A stretch of 63,753 nucleotides of DNA, counting the filler, from Rhabdomonas costata (taxonomy: Eukaryota): the NCBI GenBank assembly GCA_019059605.1. It is 43 parts of 43 records of this genome, joined end to end, with 100 filler letters (N's around TTAATTAATTAA, not from the genome) between each part and the next. Parts side by side here need not be neighbours in the genome. Positions count along the whole stretch, not along the records: positions 62,369 to 63,753 come from JAHMHO010017542.1; 42 more parts are not named here. One strand, written 5' to 3'. The stretch's first letter is position 1. Each line of letters opens with the position of its first letter. This document shows positions 63,501 to 63,753 of the stretch, in pieces. The notes beneath the pieces are model-generated. The model had not been told where the DNA came from. It ran no database searches and worked only from the letters and a program-made list of their open reading frames with translations. Both the position numbers and the translations under genes were made by a program.

Positions 63501-63753
63501 GAATACCGCATCCGCCAAGTCCTCGAGCTTCGTGAGACGCGTGGGGTTCAGGGGTCCAGGGAGATCTTCAGGTCAGAGAAGACTTGGTCGATATCCCCCT
63601 GAAGGCGGAACTTGCGGCACCTCTATGCTATTGTCCGGAGATAGGGCCACTTGAGGTTGTTCGTGTCAATGGTGTTGACGTGGCCGAACTCATTGAGACA
63701 GGCCTCCTCGGGCTTGAACAGGCAGCTGCCGCAATGAGTTCGGCAACCCAACA

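Overview
This window is not one locus. It is a concatenation of 43 unrelated contigs of about 1.38 kb, joined by artificial 100-nt spacers (N-run + TTAATTAATTAA + N-run). Most contigs start with G/T-only and end with A/C-only tails, and nine carry terminal fold-back duplications; both point to whole-genome-amplified material. About 40 contigs come from an intron-rich eukaryote with GC-rich exons, most likely a euglenid-type euglenozoan (inference from GT/GC-AG introns with weak splice signals and many receptor-type adenylyl cyclase fragments). Recognisable exons encode an AGC kinase, an Arf GTPase, an SLC35E3-like transporter, a C2 protein, a sulfatase, proteasome alpha1, eIF3L, MKT1, a NOV/sacsin-like protein, TRM1, a metallophosphoesterase, a TPR protein and a RING protein. 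Decayed CRE-clade and Penelope-like retroelements and a ~115-bp satellite are also present. Three contigs (5946-7330, 46043-47427, 50497-51881) differ sharply: very AT-rich, intronless and gene-dense, two with the Mimiviridae early-promoter octamer AAAATTGA upstream of a gene. They encode an F-box/class II nucleotidyltransferase fusion, a GT32-like glycosyltransferase, unassigned ORFs, and an intronless AT-rich copy of the host's receptor adenylyl cyclase family. The leading hypothesis is a giant virus (infecting or endogenised) of a euglenid-like host that has captured a host cAMP-signalling receptor. No viral hallmark gene is present to prove this.
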